DNA of 64,000 bases from Azolla caroliniana (taxonomy: Eukaryota > Plantae > Polypodiophyta), in the NCBI GenBank assembly GCA_043228905.1, contig JBHGNT010000020.1, forward strand, positions 2,790,001 to 2,854,000, read 5' to 3'. The notes under the pieces were generated by a model. That model was given only the letters and a program-made list of their open reading frames with translations. It had not been told where the DNA came from and searched no databases. Below, piece by piece: positions 11,533-24,783 of this stretch. The number at the start of each line of letters is the position of its first letter. Positions within the stretch are counted from its first letter, which is position 1. The translations under genes were made by a program, and so were the position numbers.

Positions 11533-13647
11533 ATGGAGGAGCAAATGAGGCTTATGTGTACGATGATGGAACGAGTGATGCGGGAACAAGGGATGATAGC
11601 AAGCATCGACAAAGCCGTCGACAATATTCTCGCACGAGTAGGAATCTTCGAAGGTATAAATTTAACAAGATTTCTAAAGATTTATAATGAAGAAATGCTT
11701 AAACGTGGTGTCGACGAAGCTACAAAAATTAATAGCTTTAGTCGAGTCGCTGCGATTGGGCTAGAAGAGAGGATCCAAGAGCTCCAAAGGGAGAATCAGA
11801 CATGGACAACGTTCGAAAGGGCATTACTCAATGAATACAACCTCAACGATATGTCAAGGATGACAAGGCGAGCTTTCATGGATTGGGTAGAGTCTAATAA
11901 ACATTTAAGTGTTTTGGAAGTATTAAAAGAGTTTTCTGAAAGATTTGAGCAACTAAATGTTAGAGATAGAAATATAATAGTGCCAGATAAAGTAATATTG
12001 TTTCTACAAGCTACTAATATTGAAGACAGGAAGGACTTGGGAATGCTTTTAGAAGATCAGAATAGTCCAAGTGGACTTACCGAAGACTGGGAGTAGGTGA
12101 AAAGGGCGTGCGCCCATTTCTGCAAAAGAAAATTATGGTTTATGGAGTTGCCCAACAGAAATGATGAAGAAATAGGGAACGAGTCGGGAGAAAAGAAAGT
12201 AGAAGAATCACTCTTACACGAATTGGTGAAAGGTATGAAAGACTTGTCGATCAAAGTGACGAAGCTAGAATCGGGACAAAACTCGACTTCATCAAGGTAG
12301 GGAGGTGGAATGGTCCGAAGGTGTATGTGGTGTGATAGTATCGACCACCAGAAGAAAGATTGTCAAGAGCATAGGGATGCTCTTAATCATAATAAAATCT
12401 ACTATCAAGATGGCAAGATTCACTCAACAGAGACTCGACAACCACTTCAACTCAACTTCGGGCGAGGAGGAATGAAAAAGCTAATGGAAGATGTTGAGAG
12501 AGAAACGACTCAAGCGATACAATCCGTGGCAACCTTAGGATTTCGCGTAGAAGACTCATATGGTGGATCTGGCTTTTGGCAAGATGTGATGGATTATGCA
12601 AGAAAAGGGAAGGTTCGAGTGGATGAATTAAAAAGAGTAGGAGATGAAATACGAAACTTCACTGGATGGAATGATCCAGTAGACGCGCTATCAGCATTCG
12701 CCCAAGTGAATGCACAAGATGTGCTAGTGGAAGAGAAGCGGAAGAGTGCTGAGGAAGCTGATCCGACAAAGAGACATGAGACACGAGAACAAAAGAGAAG
12801 GGAGATGGAAAAGGGTGCTACTGAGCTGAAGGAAGCTGCTAAAGTAAAAGGAAAGACAGGTCCATCTTTCAAGCTTGCCTCGGACATAAAAACAACGACG
12901 GATATAAAAAAGGTACTAGAAACAAGAATATTAAATAGTAAGGTAGAATTTACTTTAAGAGAAGTGTTGGGTATAGCAAAGAAAGAATTTCATGAAGTTA
13001 TCATAGATATTATTAGAAGGAAGAGACAGGTGACGGAGGAAATTACGGGAGGGTGTGCAACAACACTCCAAGATTTGTATGGTGGCACCATCAATGCTGC
13101 AAGTGTTAAAAACCAGAATGATGTTGGCGTTCATGAAGGGGATAGGAGTCACTATACAAAGGACCATTGGGCTCGAGCAACAACGGAGGCACCTGCAAAA
13201 ATTGGGGAGCAACAAATTCCATGTATTGCTTTGATCGATCATGGATCCGAGATTAACATGATGTCATCGGAATTTTACGCTCGAGGACAGTGGCCAATCG
13301 AAAAGAATCATGGGTGGAAAATAAGAGCTGCCACAAAAACTACGGAGGATCTATTCAGAGCATGTCCTAGTGTGAACGTAACAATTGGTGATGTCTCGGT
13401 GAATCAAAATTTCTTTGTGCAGGATCGATCGACCTACCCCGTCATCCTTGGTCAACCCTACATCACCGCAGTGAGGATGGAAACAAAGGTTATTGATGAT
13501 GGTTCGGTTTTCGCGAGAATCAAGAGTCAAGATGGAAGAAAGACTGCCCAATTCTTAACTGTGAGGCCCAACCATGAAAGAAACCAAGAATGCTTGAGGG
13601 AACATCCAATTCAAGAGATGGATGAAGAGTTTTCCCAGGATTTTTAG
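11533..13647 (+). pseudogene. G1 Gag-protease ORF (two in-frame TAG stops)
   Basis: One frame throughout. CMWCDSIDHQKKDC knuckle, ALIDHGSEIN...ILGQP aspartic protease. Confidence 0.88.
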
Positions 13648-16600
13648 ATAGGGCTTTTACAGGTAGGGGCTGTGATAGCCCGAACATAAAAGAAAACCCC
13701 ATAAATAATAATGTAAATAAAGATATTCCTTGTACAATCTCATCTAATGGTGCTAATTTTATACTAAAAGTAAGTAATAATAAAATACAAACTGCTTTCG
13801 AGTACTTTAAGTGTTCTGGATTAATAGAGGATGATGAAGAAATTCAGGATATGTTTGAAGAATTAAGTTTTGAAGATACAATAACTCATTTGGAAGCAAT
13901 TGAAGAAGACAACGAAATCCAAGTTCCTGTCCATTCAATCAAGATGTACGAGGTCATTGAAGAAGTTGCTCGAAAGGATCATGAAGCACATGTACTAACA
14001 AAATACAAGACAGTGGAGAAGAAGGTTCGTCCTACTGCTGCTCCACTTCCAGGGGATAGTGAAAAGGCAATCAAAGAAGCAGCCACAGAGCCAATGATGA
14101 GAGACCCATGAAAGGTAGGACATGTGATTAGTCCGGAAACAATACAAGGGATGAAAATAGGAGGGGGTGACTTCCTATTACCCGCTGAAGAAAAGCAGTT
14201 CAGGGAGATGTTAAAAAGGCATGGAAAGGCATTCGCATTCCAACCAGAGGAAATAGGGTGTGTGGATCCAGAAATTGTGGAGCCCATGGTTATATTCACT
14301 ATCCCTCATATTCCATGGAACTTTAAGCCAATACCCATGCCTAGGGCTAGAATCCCTCAACTATTAGAACTTTTGAAAGAAAAGATAAGGATGGGTATCT
14401 TGGAACCATCGAACGCTCCTTACTCGAGTCGATGGTTCACTGTGTTAAAGAAAGATGGGTGACTCCGATTTATCCAAGATATGCAACCCGTGAATAAGGT
14501 AACAATCCGAAACTCGGGAGTAGGGCCAATTGTGGATGAGTTTGCTGAGATGTTTGCAGGAAGAGCTATATATTCAATGGGAGGCCTTTATTCTGGGTAT
14601 GATCAATTTCAACTTGCTATCAAAAGTCGAGATATAACTTCTATCAAGACACCTATAGGGTTAGTACGGATGTGCACCTTGCCGCAAGGAGCGACTAACT
14701 CAGTGGCGCATATGATGAATGGAATGAACAAGGTACTTCGTGATTTTATTCCTCATATTACAATGCCTTTTCTAGATGATGTTCCAATTAAGGGATGCAA
14801 GGAGGAAGAGAAGAACGAGGAATTGGACGAAAGTGGTTGCTGTCAATTTGTTGCTGATCATATCAGGGATTGTGAGAATGTGCTATCATGGATGGAAGAA
14901 GTGCATTTGACCTTATCAGGTGTGAAGTCAATATTTGGGGCAAAAGAGATATTAATAGTTGGTCATATGTGTGGCCCATACGGGAGAAAGCCATCCCCAA
15001 CCAAGGTCAATGCAATTCAAAATATGCAAGAGGAATGTACATCCGTCTCAGAAGGACGAAGGTTTATAGGGGTATGTGTTTTTTACTGTAAATGGATTCC
15101 GCATTATGCCCATTTATCTGAACCTTTATATAGACGCCTAAGAAAAGGAGAGATATTTGAATGGAGTGAAGAGCATTCAGAGGCAATGAAGAAATTGAAG
15201 TACTACTTAGCACAAGTTCCACCATTAAAGCAACCTGACTACACCCGACCCATATATCTCACAGTAGACTCTAGTCCCATTGGAATTGGATGGGTGATAA
15301 GCCAACAAGATGGGAAAGAAAGGTATCCAGTCCGATTCGGAGCAAAGGTTCTTAGTGGTCGACAAAGAAAATATGCACAGGTGAAACGAGAGCTATGGGG
15401 GATAGTAACAGCAGTAAAGACAGACATAGATTACTTAATTGGTGCTGAAGTAATAATAGAAACAGATTGTTTGCCTATTCTTGGTATCATAGCTAATTGT
15501 GATATTCCAGATCAAGCCATGTTAAGATGGTGTATCTATATTAGATCAGTCAACCCTGAAGTTCGACATATCTCTGGGAATAGAAATGCAGTAGCAGATA
15601 TGTTATCAAGAGCAAGGTATGAGGAAGAGGAGATTCCAGACTCGGATGATGAGGACAAAGAACAAACAGTCCTTACCACAAGCATTACCCGGGAAGGAGG
15701 AATGCAGTTTCTAGAAGAGGAGTATGAAGAAGAATTCAAGGAAATAGGGAAATACCTACAAATCGCTGACAAGTACAAAGGTCGATCTGGAAAAGAGTTC
15801 GCACAGTTTCACAAGAAAGCCCATAAGTTCTTCTTGCATGAAGGATATCTATGGCGATATCTATGGCGATATCTATGGCAAAGAGTAATAGGTTTCGAAG
15901 GGCAAAGAAAGGAGATAATCAGAGAGTTGCATGACAAAGAATGGGTTGGTCATCGAGGAGTGTGGGCCACTTTCAGTAAGATTAAAGAACGATTTTGGTG
16001 GCCTCGATACTATGAGCAAATAAAAAAGTATGTGGAAACTTGTCCCACTTGTCAATATTATTCAAACGTAAAATTTTGTGATGAATTACACCCAACATAC
16101 TCACCGGGGGTGCATTACAAGTGGATGATAGATTTGGTAACAATGCCACTTGGAGTAGGACAAAAGAGATACTTGGTTCTTGCTAGAGAAGATCTAACAA
16201 ATCAAGTGGAAGGCCGTTCATTGCGAACAAAAGGGACATTAGGAGTATGTCAATTCATCTTGGAGGACATTATTTGTAGATATGGATGTATCGGGAAGAT
16301 AGTGGCAGATAGGGGAGAACTCAATTCTGCGGAAGCTCAAGATTTTTTCGACAAAATAGGAATTCAGCTTTCTTTGACAACAGCATACAATCCAGAAGCT
16401 AATGGAAAGGTAGAAAGGGGACATGGGCCAATAGTCAAAGCTTTGGCAAAGGCATGTAGAGGACGGGTTAGTGATTGGCTAAAAACCTTACCCTATGCAC
16501 TATGGGCTGATAGGACAACTCACAACACTGTTACTGGATATATGCCTGCAGAATTAATCACAAGACAGAAGCCAATAATGCCAATTGAAGAAAAGATAAC

Positions 16601-16991
16601 TACATGGGCTGTGTTGCCTTGGGAATCGGAAATGAGTAGGGAAGATTTACTTGCGGTTCGAATACGACAACTTCAATCAAGGACAGAAGACATAGAAAAA
16701 GCAGCTACTAGATTGAAAGAGGCAAGAATCAAGAATAAGGACAGATTTGACAAGATGAAAAGAATACGACCAAGAAAGGTGCAAGAGGGAGATTGGGTAT
16801 TAGTATATGATAGTAGCCTAGATAATCAATACAGTACTATTCGGAAGTTTGCAAAAAGATGGTTTGGACCTTATGCAGTTAGGAAAATAACAGATAAAGC
16901 CACATATTTCCTCAATGAATTAGATGGGACAGAAATTCGTATCCCAATTGCAGGAAAAGGATTAAAATATTTAAAAGGAGGGAGTCATTAG
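13641..16991 (+). pseudogene. G1 Pol (RT-RNase H-integrase) in the -1 frame
   Basis: PFLDDV, TVDSS, IIETDC, H...H...CPTC, IVADRGE, NPEANGKVERG, WFGPY. Frame is open from 13641, with two internal stops. Confidence 0.93.
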
Positions 16992-17087
16992 AGCCCGAAT
17001 TTTATGAAGAAGTAGAAGAACTAAAAGAATCAAAAGAAGTGTTGGATGAACTCTGCACAACCAATGTGCAAGTTCAGAGGGGGTGGG

Positions 17088-17870
17088 TGTCGTGAAGAAT
17101 GTGCTTCACGATATAAAAATGAGCTTAAATGTTGTATTTAATAATATTTGAGAGACTTGAACCCACACCCTTATATACGAAGTACAATGTACATACCACT
17201 AGGCTAGGCTATTTATTTGTAAAGTGTGTAATAAATGTGCTTCATGATATAAGAATGAAGCTATATATTGTATTAAGTAAAATTGAGAGACTTGAACTCT
17301 CAACCTTGTATGCCAAACACAAAGTATACACCACTAAGCTAGGTTAGTTATTTTAGAATGCATTTTCATCATTATACTTATCCCATATCTATTTTCATAC
17401 ATGGGAGCTCAAGTGAGCATGATGGCTACCATGTATCACGTGCAATACATGTGCGCCAAATGGCGATCATGCATTACATGTAACTCATGCATTGCATGCA
17501 TGCCATGCTCCCATACATTACCATATGCATGACAACACTTATAAAAAGCGGGGCAAGGAAAACAAAGGGAATCAAGGGAGAGAGGAAAAATAATATAATC
17601 AAGTAAAGAAGACTAGCTCATTGGGTGGAGAACCCCTCGTTTCGAAGTTGAGGTCGAGGGTTCAAATCAAGGGTCGGTATTGAAAAGATTCATCTTGCGA
17701 TCAAGGATTGTAAAGTTGGTAAAATATTATATTTTTAATATACATCATGTTTATATCATATACTCTTGTTCTTTGAATCATACTTTGTCTCAATCTTCTT
17801 TCTAGAATCATACTTTGTCTCAATCTTCTTTCTTGAATCATACATTGTCTCTATCTTTTATCTATGCTCG

Positions 17871-17905
<35 letters not shown>

Positions 17906-18042
17906 TTACTTGTAACTCTTCGTCTTACTATCCTTAACCATTCTATCATCAGCATACAAGCCTTATTAAAGCTTAAGTTTCTTCAACTCCCCTTAACCTT
18001 AGTCCCCGCGACTTCGCCGCACGAACCACAACTACCCTGACA
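17088..18042 (+). repeat. G1 3' LTR
   Basis: Copy of 10564-11493 with an extra ~29-bp GAATCATACTTTGTCTC unit. Confidence 0.95.
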
Positions 18043-18046
18043 ACGT

Positions 18047-18446
18047 GTCGGCTGATGCGGATACCAACCGGTCCACATCCAATTATGTCATGACTTATGC
18101 AAGGGGAGCTGTTTCATGCCAGTCGAGGTTGCAGAAGACGGTTGCGTTGTCAACCACGGAAGCGGAGTACATGGCAGCTGTGGAAGCCGACAAGGAGATA
18201 ATCTGGATGGAGGACTTCGTCGGAGAGGTAGGAATCCAACAAGAGGAATATGGGCTCTACTGCCACAATCAAAGTGCTATCCACCTTGCAAAGAACGTGG
18301 CATACCATTCCAGAATGAAGCAAATCCAGCACAGGTACCACTGGATCCGGGAGCGAGTTGAAGATCGAGAGTTCGTGCTGACACCCGACAACCTGGACAC
18401 ATGCCGGAAGCGGATCGGACTTACAAGACATCCCATACCGGAGTGA
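18047..18446 (+). pseudogene. Copia RNase H, C-terminal part
   Basis: NRSTS, VALSTTEAEYMA, NQSAIHLAKN, YHWIRE. Confidence 0.9.
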
Positions 18447-18456
18447 AGGGGGAGAT

Positions 18457-18958
18457 TGTTGGGAAATTGGTCTCTCCGGATGGGATCTTGAGAACCAGAT
18501 GTAGAAGACCTGGTGAGAACCGGATGTAGAAGACATATTTATAAATATGTTCTTTAGTAAACCCACGGAGGCTATATTTGTAAATAGTCCTAAAGGCATA
18601 TTAGTATAAATATGACCTAGGGAAAACACTTATTAGTGTGTTGTATTGTTGTTGTCATATTGTTGTATAGAGAGAGCAATAGAGAGGGAGAGAGAGAGAG
18701 ATACAGAGCGATACTCTGTTGTAACTGCCGCCTGGCGAAGAAACCGAGCTCGAGGTCATTGCCTACGAGTCTCTGATTGTACCCCTTACTTCATAGTGAT
18801 AGTTCGGAGTCTATGGGCTCCCGTGGTTTTTCCCATTTAGGGTTTTCCACATAAACAACTTGTGTTCACTCTTTAGTTCCCATTTCTGTGTTCTCCATTC
18901 TCATAGAAGTGTTCAAGACTTGGTTGTGGCCGACCAATATTCCGCGCTTTACTTGATA
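18457..18958 (+). repeat. Copia 3' LTR
   Basis: Homologous to 6434-6972, with only two of the 25-bp units. Confidence 0.93.
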
Positions 18959-18963
18959 CTATG

Positions 18964-20210
18964 TAATGATGTGGGCACTCAAAAGGCTAGAATATGGAGG
19001 ATAACTAGGGGTAAATGCATGCTAATGAGGATTACTAATGAGGGGCAAATATTGAAAGATGCAGTCATAAGTCCATCTGAAATGGAATGGATAGGACTTA
19101 TCGATGTTGAAAATTATCTAATTGGAATTAAGGGAATGAAACCCGGATCTAATGAGGCATGCTACTACAAAATAGAGCATAGAATGGTAATATGAGAGCA
19201 ACCAACCTATCAAACTGAAAGGCTGATTAGGTTGCTTGCAAAAAATGGAAAGGATATGATAGTTGACCCAAGCCGAGTGAGCTCAAACCAACGATAGTGT
19301 GTTGGCCGAAAGAAGGGCATTCAAATAAGCTATCATGGGATCCCGTGATGTATTTCTAGAAAACTCAAGGTCAAAGTGATGGTGCCAAGTTGGTGCAATT
19401 TTTCAGGTACAACACGAAAATCGGGACGCAAATTATCCTAAAACAAGAACACAAAGATATTGTAGCTCGTAAATTTTGGATACAAGAGGGCATTAGTGAA
19501 AGGAGATTAGCTAAATTCTGGAAAATGATGTGGCATGATAGTAGTGACCACAAGATAATGATGTGCGTATCGCTTATTGTGCATAGAGCCTTGCTAGTAG
19601 GGGTGTGGGCTAAAGGCCCCAATGTAGACCCTAGATGTAGTACATGTGGACAACTAGAAAGAATTTCCCATTGTCTCTGGGAATGTCATGAAGCTACGGT
19701 TGTATGGAGAAGGGCATTACGATTGCTTTGCCACGCCTCTAGCTCATTTACCCTCAATTGGGGACATGCTTGTTGGAATTGTCTTGATGATGATGTAGAG
19801 AAATTTGATAACACATGTACAACTATGTATAGAGGGGAGAATGGAACTATTCGATTGATCGCTGGTAACAATCCACCTAGCAGTAATGCCTAGAAGCAGA
19901 AAATTGAAGATCTATGGATGTTGCTAACATCCATTATCATATGGAACATTTGGACCGCAGATGTACCAGTGTATTTTCAGCAAACAAATGGCTTCCAGCA
20001 AAATCTATTCAGCTAATATGACACACATTAATAACTACATTGAGGGCCCAATATGAGCGGCTTGATGGAACAGATGATGCTTCAGATTTAATGAGGCTAA
20101 ATTTCAAAAAACGATGGTGTACTACACCGATGGCTACAGAAATTGGAGTGTGTATTCAATGGCAGTACGTAGTACCGAGATGGTTGTTCCCCCCTTCCAT
20201 TAGATGATAG
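18964..20210 (+). pseudogene. LINE-A ORF2, 3' part (zf-RVT-like domain and C-terminus)
   Basis: CSTCGQLERISHCLWEC and terminal WQYVVPRWLFPP, shared with LINE-B and LINE-C. Confidence 0.85.
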
Positions 20211-20625
20211 AGGGGCGTGAATGACACGACAAACATGGAGAACAAAACATGTGAGCTATTTAGTGTCAGATAAATAAGTGATGTAGCCCATACGGAAGTA
20301 GGTAATGTCTAAAGTTGTGTGTTGTATGTCATTTTAACTAATGGAGTATATTCTTCTTTGGAAGAAATCGGCAACATAGTGAATTAATCTAAAGCTTTGC
20401 TAAAACAACCAATTTCCTAAACTAGTTTTATTTCTATCTTAGGACATTTTCGTGGAATAGATTCATTTATATCTTAGAAGAAACTTAGGAGCACTATTGC
20501 TTTATTCAGATAACAAATCGTAAAGATTCAATACTGAGGTTAATATGCAATAACTCAGAAAGAAATTTTTCGCGTACATTTTTGGGTTTTGATAGGAACG
20601 AATCCCTTGGAAATATGCCCAAATT

Positions 20626-20697
20626 GTGCTTGTAGTCCAACGGTTAGGATAATTGCCTTTCAAACAATAGACCTGAGTCCAACTCTCGGCAAGTGCA
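20626..20697 (+). pseudogene. tRNA-Gly pseudogene (anticodon mutated to TTC, T-loop damaged)
   Basis: Aligns to the intact copies with several substitutions. Confidence 0.8.
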
Positions 20698-22056
20698 CAC
20701 TATATTATTTCAATCACTGCTTCCAACAGAAAAGTAAAAATGATTCAATTCCTTTCTAGAATGATACGTACCTTTCAAAGTTTCATAACTAGAGCGTAAG
20801 AAGACTGCAACATAGTGAATTAATCTAAAGCTTCGCTAAAACAAATATTTTTCTGAACTAGTTTCATTTCTATCTTAGAAGAAACTAAGGCTCAACTTTT
20901 CCTCACTCTTGTGACAAATGGTAAAGATTAAGGACTCACACGGATATGAGATATTTGTGCGCTTGTAGTCCTATAGTTAATATGTTTGCTTTGAAAAGCA
21001 ACAGATAGAACTTCAACATGTCGTAAGTGCACGTTGTATGCTTTAGAGTAGTACTCCAATAGGACAAGAAAAATGTGTTTGAGTCGATTCTAGAACGATA
21101 TGTTACTTGACAAGTTCTATAACTATATTGTAGCAAATTCTCTAAAAATTGAATTAATATGAAGCTTTGCTCAAATAGGCCGTTTTCGTGGACTAGTTTC
21201 ATTTGTATCTTAGAAGAAACTTAGGAGCATTATGTGTTTATTTAGATAAGAAATAGTAACGATTCAATACTGGGGTTAATATGAATAACTCAGCAAGAAA
21301 TTTTTCTAGTACATTTTTTATTTCTGATAGTATACGGATCCCTTGGATATATTCCGAAATTGCGCTTGTCATCCAACGGTTAGGATAATTGCCTTCCAAG
21401 AAATAGACCCTCGAAGAGTTAAACTCCTGGAAAAAATCATTAAAATCCATTCCAAATTTATACATACCTTTGAAAGCTTTATAACTAGAGCGTACGAAGT
21501 CGTCAACAAAGTGAATTCATCTAAATAATTCCTAAAACAACTATTTTTCTGAACTAATTTGATTTCTATCTTAGAAGAAACTAAGGCTCAAGTTTTGCTT
21601 ACTAATGTGACAAATTGTAAAGATTAAGGCCTGACAGTGATATGAGATATTTGTGTGCATGTAGTCCTATAGTTAATGAATTTGATTTCAAAGCAATAGA
21701 TAGAACTTCAACATGTCGTAAGTGCACGTTGTGTGCTTTAAAGTAGTATTGCAATGGGACAAGCAAAATTTATTTGAGTTGATTCGAGAACGGTATGCTA
21801 CATCACAAGTTTTATACCAATAGTGTAGAAAATTTTGAAAAATTGAATTAATATGAAACTCTCCTCAAATAGACCGTTTTCGTGTACTAGTTTCATTTGT
21901 ATCTTAGTAGAAATGTAGGAGCACTATTGATTTATTCAGATAACATATCGTAAAGATTCAATACTGAGGTTAATATACACAAACTCAGCACGAAATTTTT
22001 CTCGTACATTTTTTGCTTCTGATAGTATATGAATCCCTTGGAAATATGCCCAAATT

Positions 22057-22128
22057 GCGCAAGTATTCCAACGGTTAGAATAATTACCTTCCAAGCAATA
22101 GACCAGAGTTCAACTCTCGACAAGCGCA
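22057..22128 (+). pseudogene. tRNA-Gly(TCC) pseudogene
   Basis: Mismatches in acceptor, D and T stems. Confidence 0.8.
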
Positions 22129-23262
22129 CACTATGTTATTTCAAACACTGCTTCCAACAGAAAAGAAAACATGATTCAATTCCATTACTGAATGATACAT
22201 ACCTTTCAAAGATTCATAACTAGAGCGTACGAAGTCGTTAACAAAGTGAATTCATCTAAATCTTTGCTAAAACAACTATTTTTCTGAACTAGTTTCATTT
22301 CTATCTTAAAAGAAACTAAGCCTCAACTTTTTCTCACTCATTTGACAAATTGTAAAGGTTAAGGACTCATACTCAAATGAGATATTTGTGCGCTTGTAGT
22401 CCTATAGTTAATGTATTTAATTTGAAAGCAATAGATAGAACTTCAACATTTCGTAATTGCACGTTGTGTGCATTAGAATAGTATTCCAATGGGACAAGAA
22501 AAATGTATTTGAGTCGATTTGAGAACGGCATGTTACATGACAAGTTTTAGAACAATATTCTAGAGAATTCTCAAAAAATTCAATTCATATAAATCTTTGC
22601 TCAAATAGACTGTTTTCATGGACTAGTTTCATTTGGATCTTAGAAGAAACGTAATGACAAATTGTAAAGATTCAATACTAAGGTTAATATAAAATAACTC
22701 AACAAGAAATTTTTGTCGTACATTTTTTGTTTCTGATAGTATATGGATCCCATGGAAATTTGCCTATATTGCGCTTGTAATCCAATGGTTAGGATAATTG
22801 CCTTTCAAGCAATACACCTGAGTTCAAGCGCACACAAATTTATTTTACTCACTTCTTCCAACAGAAAATTCAATTTCATTCCAGAATGATACATACCTTT
22901 CAAAGATTCATAACTAGAGCGTATGAAGTTGTCAACAAAGCGAATTTATCTAATCTTTGCTAAATCAACTATTTTGCTGAACTAGTTTTATTTCTATCTT
23001 AGAAGAAACTAAGGCTCAAGTTTTGCTCACTCATGTGACAAGTTGTAAATATTAAGGACTCACACTGATATGAGATATTTGTGCGGTTGTAGTCGTATAG
23101 TTAATATATTTGCTTTGAAAGCAATAGATAGAACTTCCATTGTCGTAAGTGCACAGTGTGTGCTTTAGAGTAGTACTCCAATGGGACAAGGAAAATGTAT
23201 TTGAGTCGATTCGAGAACGGCATGTTACATGACAAGTTTTACAACAATATTGGTACAGAAAA

Positions 23263-24783
23263 TTGAGGAAGAGTCGGGGAACAGTAATAAGAAGGATTTT
23301 CTGCAGGTCGCGAACGATGCAACAGGCAGAAAACGAGCAGGTCGCGGGTGACGCAAAAAGTGCCGCCACAGTGCGACCTGGTTCCACCATGAGCAGGAGG
23401 TCGACGACGGATCAGACACACGTTCCATCTGTGGTTGGACCGTATATGCGTACAGGGGTGTCCAGTGTACCCCGCCAACTTTCGCCTCATCTTTGTGATG
23501 AGCAAGTCGACCTTGTGTTGTCGAAGGAGGATAAAATCACAGTTTTGGGAGAGGTACAACCTTTACAGGTGTTTTCTTTGGTAGTGCAGGTAGAAGGTGC
23601 GAGATTAAATAGATCAGAGCTTCGACATACTTTGTACGCCGCTTTTTCGGAGGAAACAGATAACATTGTCGACATTTAATTCATATCTCGAGGATGCTAC
23701 CATGTGGAGTTTGCCGATCAGGAATCCGTCACAAAGCTATTGGCAATAAAGGAGGCGGGAGTGGAAGGTGCGTGGTTATCTTTTCATAAATGGTCGCATA
23801 ATATTAAGGTAGATGAGATATTGCAGGATCAAGAATCTAGTATAGTTTTTACGGCAATATTTCCTGGATTGAGGAAGGAATGGAGGAATGTTCTTCCTTG
23901 TATTGGGGCATTGTTCGGTAAGGTTATTGCTACGCGTAACGGACAGGATTAAGGAATAGACCGAGCGGGTGGGGCCCCTGCAATTCGGCTAATCGCACCA
24001 AGATCTATCTGTCTGCCAACAACTATATCTTTACTCGATCTACTTATAAATACACCACCGGTTGTACAAAAGGTATATTATCTAGGTTTGCCTGATCAAT
24101 GTTTTGTGTGTCGACAGTTTGGGCGTTTAGGTCGAGATTGTCAAAAGAGACGCTCGAATGTCAATGTTTATGTTCATCCAACTACTCGACAAAATGTTAG
24201 TAAAGATGGTTGGTCTACAGTGTCTACTAAACATGTTTTCAAACCGACTAATAAGATAGTTAATCCACTATTCCTACTTGAGGCTAATCCTCATCAATCT
24301 TTACAAACATTTGAAAAGGAAGCAGGGAGTAGTAAAGTGGATGGTGGTTTGTCTCTCCCAGTTGGCACAATGGAGCATTAGCTAGAACATAATACAAATA
24401 ACATACCTTTGAAGGTGCAAACGGTAGAATCTTGTTCTAAGGTTAATAGTCAATTGAGTAAGGACAAACAATTGGTTTTACATAAAGTACAACAAGATAA
24501 TAGGTCCATAGTATTGAATGAGCTTACAACAAAGGAAGTGGTCAAGGTAGAAATATCACATACGGATATGCATTGTGGCAATATAGTGGCTTTTACAGCT
24601 GATAAGTCTTCCGATAGGGTTTCTATAGCAGATAAACATTTGCCAGTGCGTGCCCATAAGTTGTCCGGAAAAGACATTTGGTCAAATAGGAGACAATTAA
24701 GGGCCGTGGAGGATGGAAGGAAAGGTAGAGAAGGTGCACTAGCCGAAAGGAGAGCAGGAGGGCAAAACATGAATGATGGATAG
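23263..24783 (+). pseudogene. LINE-B ORF1 (RRM/DUF4283-like region and zinc knuckle), in-frame stops
   Basis: Single frame. RGCYHVEFAD...WLSFHKWS and CFVCRQFGRLGRDC. Stop overlaps the ORF2 start. Confidence 0.8.

Larger units (their letters stand above)
10564..18042 (+). mobile_element. Ty3/Gypsy LTR retrotransposon G1, nested in Copia RNase H, 4-bp TSD ACGT
   Basis: LTRs 10564-11493 and 17088-18042. ACGT at 10560-10563 and 18043-18046; removing the element restores FTDSDVSADAD in frame. PPT AGAGGGGGTGGG. Confidence 0.95.
6434..18958 (+). mobile_element. Ty1/Copia LTR retrotransposon (degenerate), TSD CTATG
   Basis: LTRs 6434-6972 and 18457-18958. CTATG at 6429-6433 and 18959-18963. tRNA-Met-type PBS. 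PPT GAAGGGGGAGA before 18457. Domain order gag-PR-INT-RT-RH. Confidence 0.95.
3558..20369 (+). mobile_element. LINE-A, L1/Tx1-like non-LTR retrotransposon, degenerate, split by Copia (6434-18958)
   Basis: APE, RT and C-terminal zinc-binding domains in order. 3' end ...TTGGAAGAAA joins the tDNA satellite. Confidence 0.9.
20370..23252 (+). repeat. tRNA-Gly(TCC) tandem array, block 1 (~4 monomers)
   Basis: ACTAGTTTCATTT...CTTAGAAGAAAC twice per ~730 bp. Degenerate tRNA copies at 20626, 21362, 22057, 22771. Confidence 0.92.

Noticed and set aside
22029-22223. Recurrent short ORF MNPLEICPNCACSPTVRIIAFQAID... (also 33138, 35290, 62327, 63056)
   Set aside because: It is a translation through the tRNA-Gly gene; conservation is explained by the RNA.
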